Under the pieces are notes generated by a model that saw only the letters and a program-made list of their open reading frames with translations, did no database searches and had not been told where the DNA came from. This document shows, in pieces, positions 14,512 through 27,720 of a stretch of 64,000 nucleotides of DNA. The DNA comes from Octopus vulgaris (Eukaryota), in contig OX597834.1 of assembly GCA_951406725.2 (NCBI GenBank), positions 1,922,001 through 1,986,000 on the forward strand, in the 5' to 3' direction. A program made the position numbers and the translations under genes. Each line of letters begins with the position of its first letter. Within the stretch, counting starts at the first letter, position 1.

Positions 14512-15377
14512 TATCCAAAAGCGAGGTTGCATATGAGGAATGCTGGAGAGGAACGGAATTCCATAAATGGTAAGAAGAGACAGAGAGAGTTTGTGAGAGT
14601 GAGTGTAAGATTCTCTATCAACACCGTTGTATCACCGAAAACTATGTCACTGGATTGTTCGGCATTCCTAGCCTCATGACCTTTTACTTGCTTCATACTA
14701 TAGAGTTGTTGCTATTGTTGTATAACCCTAGGTCAACACTGATGGAACAGATCAATAATCAAAGACGCTCCGGCCGTGACCATCTGATATATTTCCTTCA
14801 GACAATCGACTACATTATCCATTATGCCTTTCCATTTTTTTTTTTAGCCTGTAGGATGAAGTTTGAGGAAGGTTTGGTTGTTATATTTAGCATGCGGGTG
14901 ACCATGGGGAGGCTCCGTCATTGTCTCAGAAATTTTTTAAAAAGACAAAAAGGTTTTAGAATATGTTTTATTCTTTTACTTGTTTCAGTCATTGAACTGC
15001 GGCCATGCTGGGGCACCATCTTAAAGAGTTTTAGCTGAATAGATCGACACTGCTACTTATTCTATCGATCTTTCTTTTTGCCGAACAGCTAAGTCACGGT
15101 GACATAAACAAACCAGCACCGGTTGTCAAACGGTGGTGGCAAACGAACACAAACGCAAAGACACACATACATACATACATGTGTATGTATGTATGTATAT
15201 AAAAATTAATAAATAAAACATATGCATATATACATACATATATGTACGTACCTACATCTATATGTATATATATACATGCGTATATATATATATGTATATA
15301 TATATGTATATCTCTCTCTATATATATACATATGTATATATGTATGTATATATATATATACATATATATATATATAC

Positions 15378-15428
<51 letters not shown>

Positions 15429-15494
15429 CATACATACATACATGTATGTCTGTATATATATATACATATACATACATTCATACATGTATGTCTG

Positions 15495-15562
<68 letters not shown>

Positions 15563-16040
15563 TATATGTATATATATACATACATATACATATATATATA
15601 TATATATATTTATATACAGACATACATGTATGTATGTATGTATGTATGCATGTATATATATGTATGTATGTATGTATGCATATACGACGTGCTTCTTGTT
15701 CATGGTACCGCACAGTGGGACTGAACCAGAAACAACTTGATTGTAAAACGAGTTCCTTAACTGAGCCACGCCCGAAAGACATTGCAAGTGAGAAAAGTCA
15801 ATCGTAGAAGAGAACAAATTTCATTTTGTTATTGTTAATATTTAGCCCACCCTGATCTGGGAAACTTAGGATCAAAGGTATTCCAGCCGTGACTATCATA
15901 GGATATCTTGTATATTGTAATGTCCAGACTGAAAATAATACCTCCGCCTTCGCTAAGGCTGAGGTAATAATTTCAAGGCTACGCAAACCGGTTGAGTTTG
16001 TATAGGGAGGCATTACTTGAATTCTGTTTATCTGTCTATA

Positions 16041-16104
<64 letters not shown>

Positions 16105-17276
16105 TCAAATGACATAAGATAATAAGTATGGGCATTGAGTGTTGAAGCTATCGAATTAGTGCCAAAGCTCCAACGTTCAGTGCAGGGATGTGAGATCTGC
16201 CTAAATAAGGATTGGCTGCTATCGGCAATGCATCGGTCGAACTGGTGTAGATGTAACAGAAAGAAAGCATAAAGAAGCAGCCATCAAGTATCAAATCAAT
16301 TTATATCTAATTTATATTAATACAGAACATTGAAGAGAGATGCAAATGTACATAGCTAGAAATGAGGACGAGAGCGGAATGTGAAAAATTCGTAATTGTT
16401 CAGAGGTAGACAGGAAGACTCCGGGATAAAGTGCTTAGTTAAGCTGATCTCTGGTTTTGCAGGTAAATTCAAAGCCTTTCACTTTCTTCTGCTGATTGAG
16501 TGCTGAAGCTATTAAGTTATTGACACAGCGCTGTCGCATCTTCGGTGACGTCTGCGCTACGTCTCTGTATAGTCGAGTCTAAAGTGGCGAAGAATGTTTT
16601 TGGCTTTCATCTTGGACGACGCATAACCCTCCAAATATTCACACTACGTCAGGTCTTGGAGAAATAGTAGGAAGATTGTCGAGAGGTGTAGGTTTGCTTT
16701 CGAGATTATGAAAAGGCTTGTGACAGAGACGTTGACTGCCTCTACCCAAAATGAAACCAAGGCGGCAGAGATTTAACATCGATCCAGCCTGCTTAAGATA
16801 TACATAGATAATTGTGTGTGTGTGTGTGTCTTCATAGAACCATTTATGTACCATACTTGATGCAGACAGAGATTGTGAACAGCAATTTTACTGATGGTAT
16901 TCGTCTGGAGATAATATCGCCTGTGTCCTGTGCTTATTATAAACGCCAAACTATTATTAGAAGCAGACGAAAATGGCCGTCCATCAGCAGCGGCAGTGTG
17001 AACGCTTGACGAGCATTTGTGCGTGAACGGACGCGTAGCCACAGCCCGCCGTATGCTGGAACAAAATCCATCGCTTCTGATACAGGAAAATCACTGGTGT
17101 TGCGATTAGCTGCCTGGCTATTGCGACCATCTTTTTATAACTACAAGCAAAACAAAATCCAGAAATGACGGCAGACGACTAAAGTACGTTTTAACCAATG
17201 AGCAAGGACTGCGGTTGTTTGTTTCGCTTAAGCACTTATTCCAAAACAATGGCAGCTACTTGCTTCAGTTCTCATA

Positions 17277-17316
17277 TTATATTCTTTGATCGTGTTGTTG
17301 TTGTTGTTGTTGATCG

Positions 17317-17365
<49 letters not shown>

Positions 17366-17778
17366 GCAGTAAACGTTCACAGTGCAATTGGATGCAGATC
17401 CGCAACAGTTCTTCGGGAGAACACTTCATTACTTTATGTTGATACAGAGCAAATACTCTGCACGGAACTCCGTATTCACCAGTAATAGTCGGGTGTATAA
17501 CTGCACCCAGGAAACAATGTGTGTGTGTGTGTGTGTGTGTATCTATACGTATATACATATGTAAGTACACACATATATATATATACACACCCATATATAC
17601 ACACGCACCATCATATACACACGTTTCATGTAGAAGGAACCTCCCAACCAGTTTTAAATACAATATCAACATATTCGTTTATGATGAATCTCTCCAGATT
17701 CCTGACAAGATGGCGTTTCTGCAAACTGTGGACATCGATGTCGTTCGTATTGGCTTCGATCTGTCGCTGAAGTGACAT
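17277..17778 (-). CDS. candidate two-exon small ORF (117 aa, polyQ C-terminus), unknown product
   Basis: Exon 17778-17649 (MSLQRQIEAN..DIVFKT) joins in phase through a GT..CAG intron (17648-17501) to 17500-17277 (VIHPTITGEYGVPCRVFALY..CERLLQn); no homology recognised. Confidence 0.25.
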
Positions 17779-18416
17779 GACAGAAGATTTGACTAGAAAT
17801 GGAAAGTATTGACGGGGTGGAAGAGCGGAGGGCGGCGGGGATTATGAGGGTATGTGGTGGTGGACGTGCGGAGGGGCATGTTGGGTGGCGAGTGGGACAC
17901 TGCTTCGGACAAAACGACCAGGATTGTGATTTGTGGGAATGGGGATTAACCTAAGGAACAAGACACGACAATAAGACGGAGGATGTTGCTGCTGCTGCTG
18001 ATGATGATCATCATCATGATCCTGATCATGAGAAAGAGGAGGAGGAGGACGACGACGACCACGACGACAAGTGAATGAGGATGTTAGCGATGTTGACGAT
18101 ATTGGTGATGGTGACAATGGTTGCGGCGGCGATGGTGATACAAGCGGTGGTGGTGTTGACGAGAGTAGTGATGGCATCAATGGCTTCTATAAAACTGACG
18201 ATGATATGGTGTTGGTGGTAGTCTGTGCGTATGCATGTGGGGGGGTGAGGAAGAGAGAGAGAGACTGATAGACAGACAGGGAGTGAGAGGAAGGAAGAAT
18301 GTGTGTGCGTGTGTGTGCTCATGTTGTGCTTGAGAAATTGTGTGTATGTGTGTAAAAGCAAAGTTGCATAGCGTGTGTGAAGGAGAGAGGGAGAAAAAAG
18401 GAGAGACACAGAAAGC

Positions 18417-18450
<34 letters not shown>

Positions 18451-18994
18451 AAGAGACAAAGAGACAAAGAATATATGTCGTGTGTATGGAAGTGTGTGTT
18501 TGTATGAGAGACAGTGTGTCTGTACGTGTACGTGGGTAGGTGTATGCGTGAGAAATAGTACATTCACATGACTATTTATGAATGAGAGAGAAAAGCGAGA
18601 TAGTAAATGTGAGTAGATATGTGTGTGTGTGTGTGTGTGTGTATGTGTGTTTGTGTGCATCTTTGTGGACGCGCGCGAGTCACGGATATTGTTTATGTGT
18701 GTAAGAGAGTTGGCCAATCAGCTGTTTACAAAACTGTGCACGTGTGTAGGGATATATGCTTATGTGTGCATTGTTGCATATGTATACAGACACATATGAG
18801 TTTGTATGTCAGTAGACTTGTATGCACGGCAAGCGGCAGAAACGTGTGACTCTCAAAAGACAAAAGATCACTTGCGGAAGCAATGGCTTTTGCGGCATTT
18901 GTAAACAGTACTTGTTTATGAAAATTACAGTATTTACTTCAAGCATCATGGCGATGTAAAGATAGAAATATATTTTATAGAAAATTCCATTATA

Positions 18995-20018
18995 TTGGGT
19001 CGTCAAATAAAACATTTGTAGTAAGGTATGTGGTAAACTTTGATAGCTGCTCGTTTTGCGCCGTTATTATATTTTGACAATATTTTTTTGTTAGAAAACT
19101 AATACATTTATTTCTTTATTCTAACTCATTTTGCGCTTTATAAAGTATTTATAAATTGTTTTTTGCTATTTTTGTTTAGAGATGGATAAGTCGGAAACTC
19201 GTACAGTTTTGAAATATGAGTTCTTTCTTGGAAATACAGCATCACAGACAGCAAATAATATTGACTCACCTAGTTCTAATCGGTAAAGTGAAAAAGTTAA
19301 ATAAGTGGGTTCCACATGAACTCAATGAAAATCAGAAACAGCAACGTTTGGAAGCCTGCATTATGCCACTTTCTCACCACAAAAGTGAATCATTTTTGAA
19401 TCGAATTGTAACATGTGATGAGAAATGGATCCAATACAACAACTGTAAACGTTCAGCACAATGGTTGGACAAAGACGAACCACCAAAACACAATCCAAAA
19501 AAGCAAAATTCCTCAAAAGAAGCCGATGGTGTATGTTTGGTGCATTATGATTTCATTAAACCTGGCTCACCAATCACAGCCGAAGTATACTGCAGCCAAG
19601 TGGACCAAATAATGCAGAAACTTACAAAAAAAATCAGCCTAGATTAGTCAATAGATCAACTCCTATCTTACAGCAAGACAACTCCAGACAACACATCGCA
19701 AAAATGACATTGGCGAAACTACAGGAGTTGGAGCTGGAAGTTCTCCACCATCCACCATAATCACTGACAACCACTTCTTCCAGAATTTGGATAACTTTTT
19801 GATAGGAAACAATTTTAATTCCGACGATACTGTAAAACAGGCTTTCCAAGATTTTGTTGACTCTAGATTGCCAAGCTTTTACAGTTCCGGGCTGGACAAA
19901 AATGGCAAAAGTGTATTGACAATATGGGTGCATACTTTGATGAATAAAACTATTCCTTGTATTCATAATAGGCAAACTTTTTTTCCCTTTTTTATAAATT
20001 TCATACTTGACGACCTAA
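18995..20018 (+). mobile_element. mariner transposon (cecropia/Hsmar1-like), internally deleted, both TIRs and TA TSD
   Basis: TA|ttgggtcgtcaaata ... tacttgacgacctaa|TA. Peptides MDKSETRTVLKYEF, GKVKKLNKWVPHELNENQK, RIVTCDEKWIQYNN, LQQDNSRQH; frameshifted. Confidence 0.93.
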
Positions 20019-20104
20019 TAACACACTGAATAAGGATGGTTTCAAATTCCAGCACATTGCCAATAGGTTTTTTTTAAGGCAAAGAGGAAATCGATAACAT
20101 CTAG

Positions 20105-20575
20105 CGCAAAAGAATTTGATAAGCTCAGAAAATATAAAGATTTGCTAATCGAAATCGAAAAAATGTGGCATCTCAAGACGATTATAATACCAGTAATTGA
20201 AGGAGCACTTGGAATGATGAAAAGAGGAAATGAAAATTATCTTAAGGATGATCCCTGGCTCACCATCCATGCAGGAAGTGCGAAAGATTATCAATACGTC
20301 ACACGTGAGAATAGCATTGTCGCTGTGAATTTTTCTTTCCTTTTTGTTTTCTTTTTTCTCATTTTTCTTTCTTTTTTTTACCTTTTGCCTTTTTTCTTTC
20401 ATACATTTTATTTTTTATATCACATAACTTGACTTTAAAGATGAAAACAATCTGATGTGTTTATTTTAATGGCCTACCAATTTACTCAGTGAGTTTCTTT
20501 GCCCTAGGTGTCGGGAAGACACTCGGCAAGAATTGGAAACAGAATTGAAAGAAGAAGAAAAAAATAATAATAGTT
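20105..20575 (+). mobile_element. R4/Dong-like RLE LINE 3' end
   Basis: KYKDLLIEIEKMWHLKTIIIPVIEGALGMM; 3'UTR gccctaggtgtcgggaagacactcggc ends in TAA repeats. Confidence 0.8.
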
Positions 20576-20584
20576 ATAATAATT

Positions 20585-20910
20585 AAGAAATACCAGGATC
20601 TAGGCTGAGAACAGAGGAGGGTGTGGAAGAAAACAATTGTTCCGGTAGTAATTAATGCACTTAGCACAACACCCAAAATGGCACAACACGCAAAATGGCA
20701 CAACACGCAAAATGGCACAACATGCAAAATGCTAACTAAAAGACTGAAAGAGACTAGAATTGAAACTTGCATTGTTGACCTGCAGAAAAGTACCATTCCA
20801 TATTCAGCAAGAATCCTAAAAAAGTGTCTTGAGATTTGAGGAGACTCAGGAGTCACCTGACCTCAAGAAAAAACACCTGCGAAATTAGCATAACGATGAT
20901 AATAATAAAT
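20585..20910 (+). mobile_element. second R4/Dong-like 3' end
   Basis: KYQDL..VWKKTIVPVVINALSTTPK..LQKSTIPYSARILKKCLEI*; ends in (TAA)n; carries a 17-bp tandem repeat. Confidence 0.78.
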
Positions 20911-20914
20911 AATT

Positions 20915-21290
20915 CTTTTATTGGCCACATGGGCTAACATAAAAGCAACATGGAATTACAAAACAGAACGATATAAAGGGTTTTAGAGCGTGTAAATAAA
21001 ATAAAGAAAAAATAACAAATAAAACTCCCAATAGGAGGGAGGCGCTTTAAGGCTACTCGTAGAAAACCCCACAAAAGCAAGACAAGAGCCCTTCTTTTAT
21101 TTTACACAGGCGCATACTCAAAACGGGTCCTTTCATATTGGCCATTTTTCCAACATTCACCCATCTTTCAACAAATTTGCTAGAAAGCAACAACCTGAAA
21201 AAGTTGATGAGGGCTTGACCAAAGAGGAAAGTGTCTGTCTGTAGCCCTTTCAAACGTGTCCACCACACAACCTGTTTTGCTACAGCCAAA
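20915..21290 (-). mobile_element. L1/Tx1-like LINE 3' end, second copy
   Basis: AVAKQVVWWTRLKGLQTDTFLFGQALINFF..KFVERWVNVGKMA; same tail as 2625-3105. Confidence 0.65.
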
Positions 21291-21987
21291 TAATAATAAT
21301 AATCTTTTCTGCTAAAGGCACAAGGCTTGAAATTTGGCAGAGGAATCTAGTCAATGACATCGATCCCAGAACCCAACTAGTACTTAATCTATCGATCCCG
21401 AAAAGAAGAAAAGCAAAGTCGACCTCAGTGGAATTTGAACTCAGAACCCAAAGACAGACGAAATGCCACTAAGCATTTTTCCAGCGTGCTAACGATTCTG
21501 CCACCTTGCCGCCTTTAATAATAATAGATTTAATCATTTATTTGTCTGTCTGTCTGTCTGTACATCGCTCCCTCTTCCACACACACTCGCTTTTCTATGT
21601 GTGTACATGTATGTGCATGTACATACATGTGTATGTGTGTGTGCGTCTGTGCGTGTGTATACTCACACGCGCACACACATATATATACATATAAATGCAC
21701 TTGCACACACATACACACATCCTATGGTTCGAGTTGTTGTTATAGAGATGATGGTGGCTATGGTGGTGTTCGCTGTTGTCGCTGAGATGGTAGTGGTAAT
21801 AGTGTTTAGCCCCAGGTCACCCCTGACTGGTCAGACCTATAATCAAAGACATTCCTGCCATGACCATTTCGTATTTTGCGTATCCAGTATTTCATTGGCC
21901 AATGTGTACAATATCATTTGAGGGACATTTGCCTGCTATTTCTACAAAGTCAAGCAGCTGGATTCGAAGTTCGTTTGTTTTTAGAAT

Positions 21988-22500
21988 TGGATCATAAAGT
22001 ACAGACAAAGCTTTAAATAATGGCGTTTAAATACAGAATAAAAACAACTTTTTGGCTAAAAGATGTCGAATACTGACCATGGGACTCGAATTGACATCTA
22101 GAAAAATGACAGACATTCTGCCATCCTACCAAAGCAATCCTTCAGATTTCTCTGTTTATTTTAGAAGTTTTATTTTTAGTAGCAAAAATTGTCGGTTGTT
22201 GACGTCATGAATTTAGACATATTTGAGAAAGCGTCGGGTAAACCGTTTTGAGGGAATTGGTTCTCAATGAACGATACGACGTCAACAGCACACGTTTCTC
22301 GCTGATATGAATGTAGTATCTAAAATGGACGGAGAAATTCGAAGGATTGCTTTGGTCCAATGGTTGAACATCTGTCATATCTACAGATGTGGGTTCAAGT
22401 CCCATTGAATGCCTCCGACCTCTTTTTAACTAAAGGGGGGATTTTCGACCCAATATTTCCATGCTATTATTTATAGCTTTATTACGTGCTTCGAGATCCA
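21988..22500. mobile_element. fold-back element with diverged ~180-bp arms containing tRNA-like cassettes
   Basis: 21988-22165 mirrors 22319-22500; A box tggtccaatgg, B box ggttcaagtcc. Confidence 0.7.
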
Positions 22501-22751
22501 CTGCTCCAAAAAAGGATTATTCCACATTCTCTGGAAAGTTTGTAAATTCTTATGACCTCAACAATGTATGTGTTTGTCCTCACCTGCGTCGCTTGACAAC
22601 TGCCGTTGGCTTGTTTGCATTCCCATAACTTACCGGTTCGGCAAAAGATAACGATTGAATAAGTACTCGGCTTAAAAAATAACTATCTGGTTGATTTGTT
22701 CGTCTGCGTGGCTACAGCCAATGACTGAAACGAGTAAAAAGATAGACGGTT

Positions 22752-22782
<31 letters not shown>

Positions 22783-23244
22783 TGAGCCTGGTCGCAGTTC
22801 ATTTATTTTCGTTCAGCGTCTGGCGGTCGTCGTAGAGGTGCACTGTCTCAAAAACTATCATTCGTAGCCGACCTTCTCTCGACATCGTTCACAGGCGCCT
22901 GACTCAGGCTCAGAAGTTACTGCCCGGGTTGTTATCTATAATCGTAAAAATTAAAAGTAATTCAAATTCAATGTTTTCTTGAAACAAATCATTTCTATGG
23001 AGTTTAGTATTTAAATTCCAATCTATGAAAACTTTCCGTTCTACAATATTCTTAAAGAAACTCGAGCCAATACGAACGAGCCTGGTAGGTGTAAAAGACA
23101 AACTGGTATTTCTTGTGAATACTACAGGCGGCAGCCAGGTCGTTGATGTTTGTTGTGCACTCCGCTGTCGTTATTTGATTGTTGCTATTCTGTGCGTCTC
23201 TGTGTATTAAGATAAGCTGTGTTTTGCAGGGTTGCTTTATTTTA

Positions 23245-23706
23245 ATCCTTGCGGTCCGGACAAGACCCACAACATCTGCAGCCAAGCGGGACAAAATCTT
23301 GAAATCTGTCGGCCAACTACATTTTCCATCCCGAGACGTTTGGTGGGGTCGGACCACTAACTGCGAGATTTCTGTCTTCACTGGTATCTCGCCTTGCAAA
23401 GGAAACTGGTGAGGCCCGTGAGGGCGCTTGGCTGTTCCGGCGCATCAGTCTCGCCATCACCCGCAGCAACGCTGCAAGAGTGCTGGTGTGCCTCAATAGC
23501 CATTAGAAAGGTTTCTCAGCACACCCAACTTTTCAACTCAAGGGGGTGAATTGTTTTGCTTTCTTTTCTTTTTTTCTTTTTTCTTTTTAATTTTTTTTTT
23601 CATTTCTGTTCTCTGTTTTGTCCAGTTTTCTAGTTTTATTTTGTAAAACGGTAAACACTGTGAAGGCAATAAAAATTTGACTTTCAAAAAAAAAAATAAA
23701 AAAAAA
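23245..23706 (+). mobile_element. CRE-clade (RLE) non-LTR element 3' end with poly(A)
   Basis: NYIFHPETFGGVGPLTARFLSSLVSRLAKETGEAREGAWLFRRISLAITRSNAARVL; AATAAA then A-tract at ~23686-23706. Confidence 0.82.
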
Positions 23707-23870
23707 TGTAATAATCACTTACAAATGGAGAAAGACATAGAGCTAGATATTAAGAAAAAGTCTTTTGGGGACAAGAAACAAAGCGGGAAAATGGGAAATT
23801 CTTCGAGCAGGCATGTCTTCTGTGAAACCTGTGATGAGCTCGAGTGACACTGATGACCTGGAGTCGCCCC

Positions 23871-23923
<53 letters not shown>

Positions 23924-24328
23924 TGTAAATATGCTTCTGGTAGTGAGGAGCGGGGTTAATATACGTCTTCTCGTGCGTATGTAAGCACGCGCCTCCGCTA
24001 TCCTGCACACACGCAATCTTCGAAAGGTTAAATACAGAGTTTCCTCCCTTTATCACTATTAACCAGTTTTCTACTTGTTTGTTAACGCAAGCACACACAC
24101 GCACGAAACCGCACACACACACACATACTCTCTCTCTCTCATATCGTTATGTGACTCTATTTGTGTGTGTGCGTGCTCGCGTGCACACATACACATATAT
24201 TTGGCAAAAAAATTGACCCGAAATATAACAAAATGTTTCAACACACGGTTTCACATCAGAAATCTTGCAAAACAAATACATAAATGTGTATGTATATATA
24301 TGTAAGAATATGTATGTGTGTGTGTATG

Positions 24329-24388
<60 letters not shown>

Positions 24389-24496
24389 AGTATGCATGTA
24401 TGTATATAAAGTTAATCCAAACAAGAAAACAAAAAGACAACAACGCAAGGATGTGGAACAAATATAGTATTATTGGACGCTCAGGAAAGAAGGGAA

Positions 24497-24531
24497 GTTT
24501 AACGTTTCGAGCGGAGCTCTTCGTCGGAAAC
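24497..24531 (-). ncRNA. hammerhead-like motif in a pLTR-type module (24405-24700)
   Basis: GUUU CCGACGA A GAGC-UCC-GCUC GAA ACGU U AAAC; same family as 26620-26654. Confidence 0.7.
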
Positions 24532-24725
24532 ATAGGAGAAGGAAAGATCCAGAGAAGGGAAGACAGAGGAAAAAAATCGCCGGTGGTATTCACGAGGTCA
24601 CATACTAAAAGGACGGAAGTGGTAAAAATGGAGGAAAATATTTTTAAAAACAAGAGAGCTATATCAAAGAAGGAATGGTAAAAAAGGTGTGCTAGATGAC
24701 AAGTGTGTGTGTGTGAGTGTTTGCG

Positions 24726-24785
<60 letters not shown>

Positions 24786-24892
24786 GTGGACAATGGCTAG
24801 TAGCAGGCAATAGTAGAATTAAGGGGTGTGTGGGGGTACCCTAGCAAGTCAGAAAGGCAGGTCAGAAACAGGGGTATGTGTATGTATGTATG

Positions 24893-24945
<53 letters not shown>

Positions 24946-25267
24946 ATATATGTATATATATATATATGTATGTATATGTATGTATGTATATATATATATA
25001 TTATGTATATATATGTATGTGTGTGTATATATATATATATATATCAGAGGCGACTCCAGGTCATCAGCGTAATATATATAGGCGCAGGCGTAACTGTGTG
25101 GTACAAAGCTTGGTTTCGGGTTTAATCCCACAGCATGGCACCTTGTGCAGATGTCTTCTACTTTAGCCTCTGACCGACCAAACCCTTGTGAGTAGATTTG
25201 GTTGACGTATATATAAGTCCGTCGTATATATCTATACATACATACATATATATGTATTTATGTATTG

Positions 25268-25470
25268 GAAGGTTTGGAGATGATGTACAGGTATTTTATA
25301 TTAGAAGAAATGAGGTACTCAGAAATTCGGATGGTTTTATATTTACAGATATTTATTTGTATATTGCATGTTTTTATACATCATATAACTTATATCATAT
25401 ATTAGCGCTTTCGTCCATTCTGTAAATATAAAACCATCCGATTTTCTGAGTACCTCATTTCTTCTAATAT
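25268..25470. repeat. partial fold-back module, same family as 56818-57151
   Basis: Near-identical sequence with a short inverted arm 25420-25470. Confidence 0.85.
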
Positions 25471-25487
25471 GTATTTATGTATACACA

Positions 25488-26302
25488 CAGGATGCGCCGA
25501 ATAAATTGTCGTCTAAATTACACGCAAATGAAGATAACAGTGACGTCCCGTTTTATAAGATATGCTTACCAAAATTTCATAAAGTATCTTGAAATACTAA
25601 AGAGAAAATTTATTCAATAAATTGGCCATTGGCTTCAACCACGGCCTCCAGACGACTTTGGAATCTCCTGCAACTCTTCTGGTCGGTCTCCTGGTTTAAG
25701 TTAGTGAATGCTGCCATAATCCTTGCCTCCAGTTCATCTTTGGTGTTACAAGGAGTTTTCTTGGCCTCTCGCTCAACTGCACGCTACACATAGGGAGGTT
25801 GCAGTCTGGGGAGTTAGATGGCCAGATGTTAGGGGTGATGTGGTTGCAGAAATTATCTGATAGCCATGACTGGGTTCTCCTGCTTTTGTGGCATGGTGCA
25901 GAGTCCTGTTGCCAGACATAGAGTCTTCCAGCAGCCGCCCTCTTGACTCAGGGCAGCACTACCTCTTCCAGGCACTTGATGTAGGCCTCTGAGTTGTGTC
26001 AGAGGCCTACATGTGGGAAGATGAATGGAGGCATAACGTTGCCGTCACTAGTGATCACTCCAAACACCATGATGTTGACTGGATGTTGGATATTGGAACT
26101 TCCGGTGCAAATGCCAAGCAGTACAGCATGACGCTTCCAAATGTCTGGCAGGAGGAATTGCGTCATGATGCTGTTTTTATCACAGAAGGTGCCCAACTGA
26201 CCCGACTATACTGTTTAGTCGACAAAATCAAAAACAAATAATGCGCATGCACGAAATTGAATTTAAAATACAAAATGGCGACAATTTACCCAATCCACCC
26301 TG
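25488..26302 (-). mobile_element. Tc1/mariner DD37D (maT) family element, internally deleted
   Basis: Degenerate TIRs caggatgcgccgaataaattgtcg / cgacaatttacccaatccaccctg|TA. Peptide MVFGVITSDGNVMPPFIFPH..YVWQQDSAPCHKSRRTQSWLSDNF..WPSNSPDCN; spacing fits DD37D although the last D region is damaged. Confidence 0.88.
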
Positions 26303-26619
26303 TATATATTTATGTGTGTGTGTCTTTGTGTCCGTGTTTGTCCCACCACCATCACTTGACAACCGATCTTTGTGTGTTTACGTCCCTGTAGCCTAACGCT
26401 TCAGCAAAAGAGACCGATAAAATAAGTACTAGACCCATAAAGAATAAGTTGTGGGGTCGATTTCTTCGACTAAAAACCCTTTAAGGCGGTGCTCCAGCAT
26501 GGCCGCAGTCAAATGAACGAAACAACTAAAAACAATAAAAAAGAGAATATTACCGTATGTGTACCGTTGGCGATTTGTTTTCCTGTGTCTTCCCTTCTCG
26601 GGATCTTTCCTTTTCCTAT

Positions 26620-26654
26620 GTTTCTGATGAAGAGCTCCGCTCGAAACGGTAAAC
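26620..26654 (+). ncRNA. hammerhead-like motif in a pLTR-type module (26550-26755)
   Basis: GUUU CUGAUGA A GAGC-UCC-GCUC GAA ACGG U AAAC: canonical CUGAUGA, cleavage triplet mutated in this copy. Confidence 0.7.
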
Positions 26655-26749
26655 CCTCCCTCTTTCCTTCTTTCCTGAGCGTCCAATAATACTATACTTG
26701 TTCCACGTCCTCGCGTTGTTGTGTTTTTTTTGTGCTTTCTTGTTTGGAT

Positions 26750-26875
<126 letters not shown>

Positions 26876-27101
26876 TGATGGCCGTCCACTCGTGACCGAA
26901 GAAGACCATTGCTGACCTTCAGGAACATTGTGCGCTCTAGGACTAACCTATATATCGTATTTGCGGCTCCGTTGGTGGCTAATGAGCCCTGCTCTTGACA
27001 AGCATACACGACTGCAAACATTGCAGACCAAGCTTGCCCCGTTCACTACACGAGCAGTGCGCTTTCGAGCAACGCGCTTAAATTCTTCATGCACAATACG
27101 T

Positions 27102-27168
<67 letters not shown>

Positions 27169-27180
27169 ATATATAATACG

Positions 27181-27229
<49 letters not shown>

Positions 27230-27319
27230 ACTGCAAGAAAAATTTCATGCTATTCGCCCTCAGCTCGCAAATTCTCCGTAACCAGGTTACACTAGACCTG
27301 GCAACATTGCCGTTCTAGA

Positions 27320-27720
27320 ATCACAATGATCTCAGGTTAAATATGAGTAATGATGCATCGTTGTATGTATTCATTCCTGCTTTACCAAATTGGCAACGAT
27401 GTACAAAGGGTTGAAAGGATGGATTCTGAGATCATTCAGTATGAAAGACAAAGAAATAATGATGTTTGTTTTTGGAGAACCTTTCTCCTTGCCAATAGGA
27501 AATCAGTCCACAGCCATGGTCACCAATCGGTGTTAAGCTAATACCAAATCTAGAAGCAGTCCAATGATATTTCATGAAGAATATTACCTCAATGTATCAC
27601 CTAAACTACTGAGAGAGATTGAAAACATTCACATTCTCTTCCCTGGGAAGAAGGCGGGAAACATGCCGTGGAAAGATCATTGAAGGGATTACATCAAACT
27701 TTAGTCTCAGCGGCGTTGAA
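27320..27720 (+). mobile_element. degraded CR1-group LINE fragment, same family as 34445-35050
   Basis: Across frameshifts: KGLKGWILRSFSMKDKEIMM..WRTF..PWSPIGVKLIPNLEAVQ..ERLK..SLGRRRE. Confidence 0.75.

Larger units (their letters stand above)
25080..26545 (+). mobile_element. SINE family A split by nested insertions
   Basis: Head 25080-25230 and tail 26315-26545 surround a fold-back module and the maT element. Confidence 0.8.

Noticed and set aside
22326-22345. tggacggagaa matches the 5' half of miR-184
   Set aside because: Only 11 nt match, there is no local precursor hairpin, and it lies in a repeat arm.
23849-23873. CTGATGA box with an inverted copy at 25043-25070
   Set aside because: Truncated by (TA)n before any GAAA or stem III, so it cannot be called a ribozyme.
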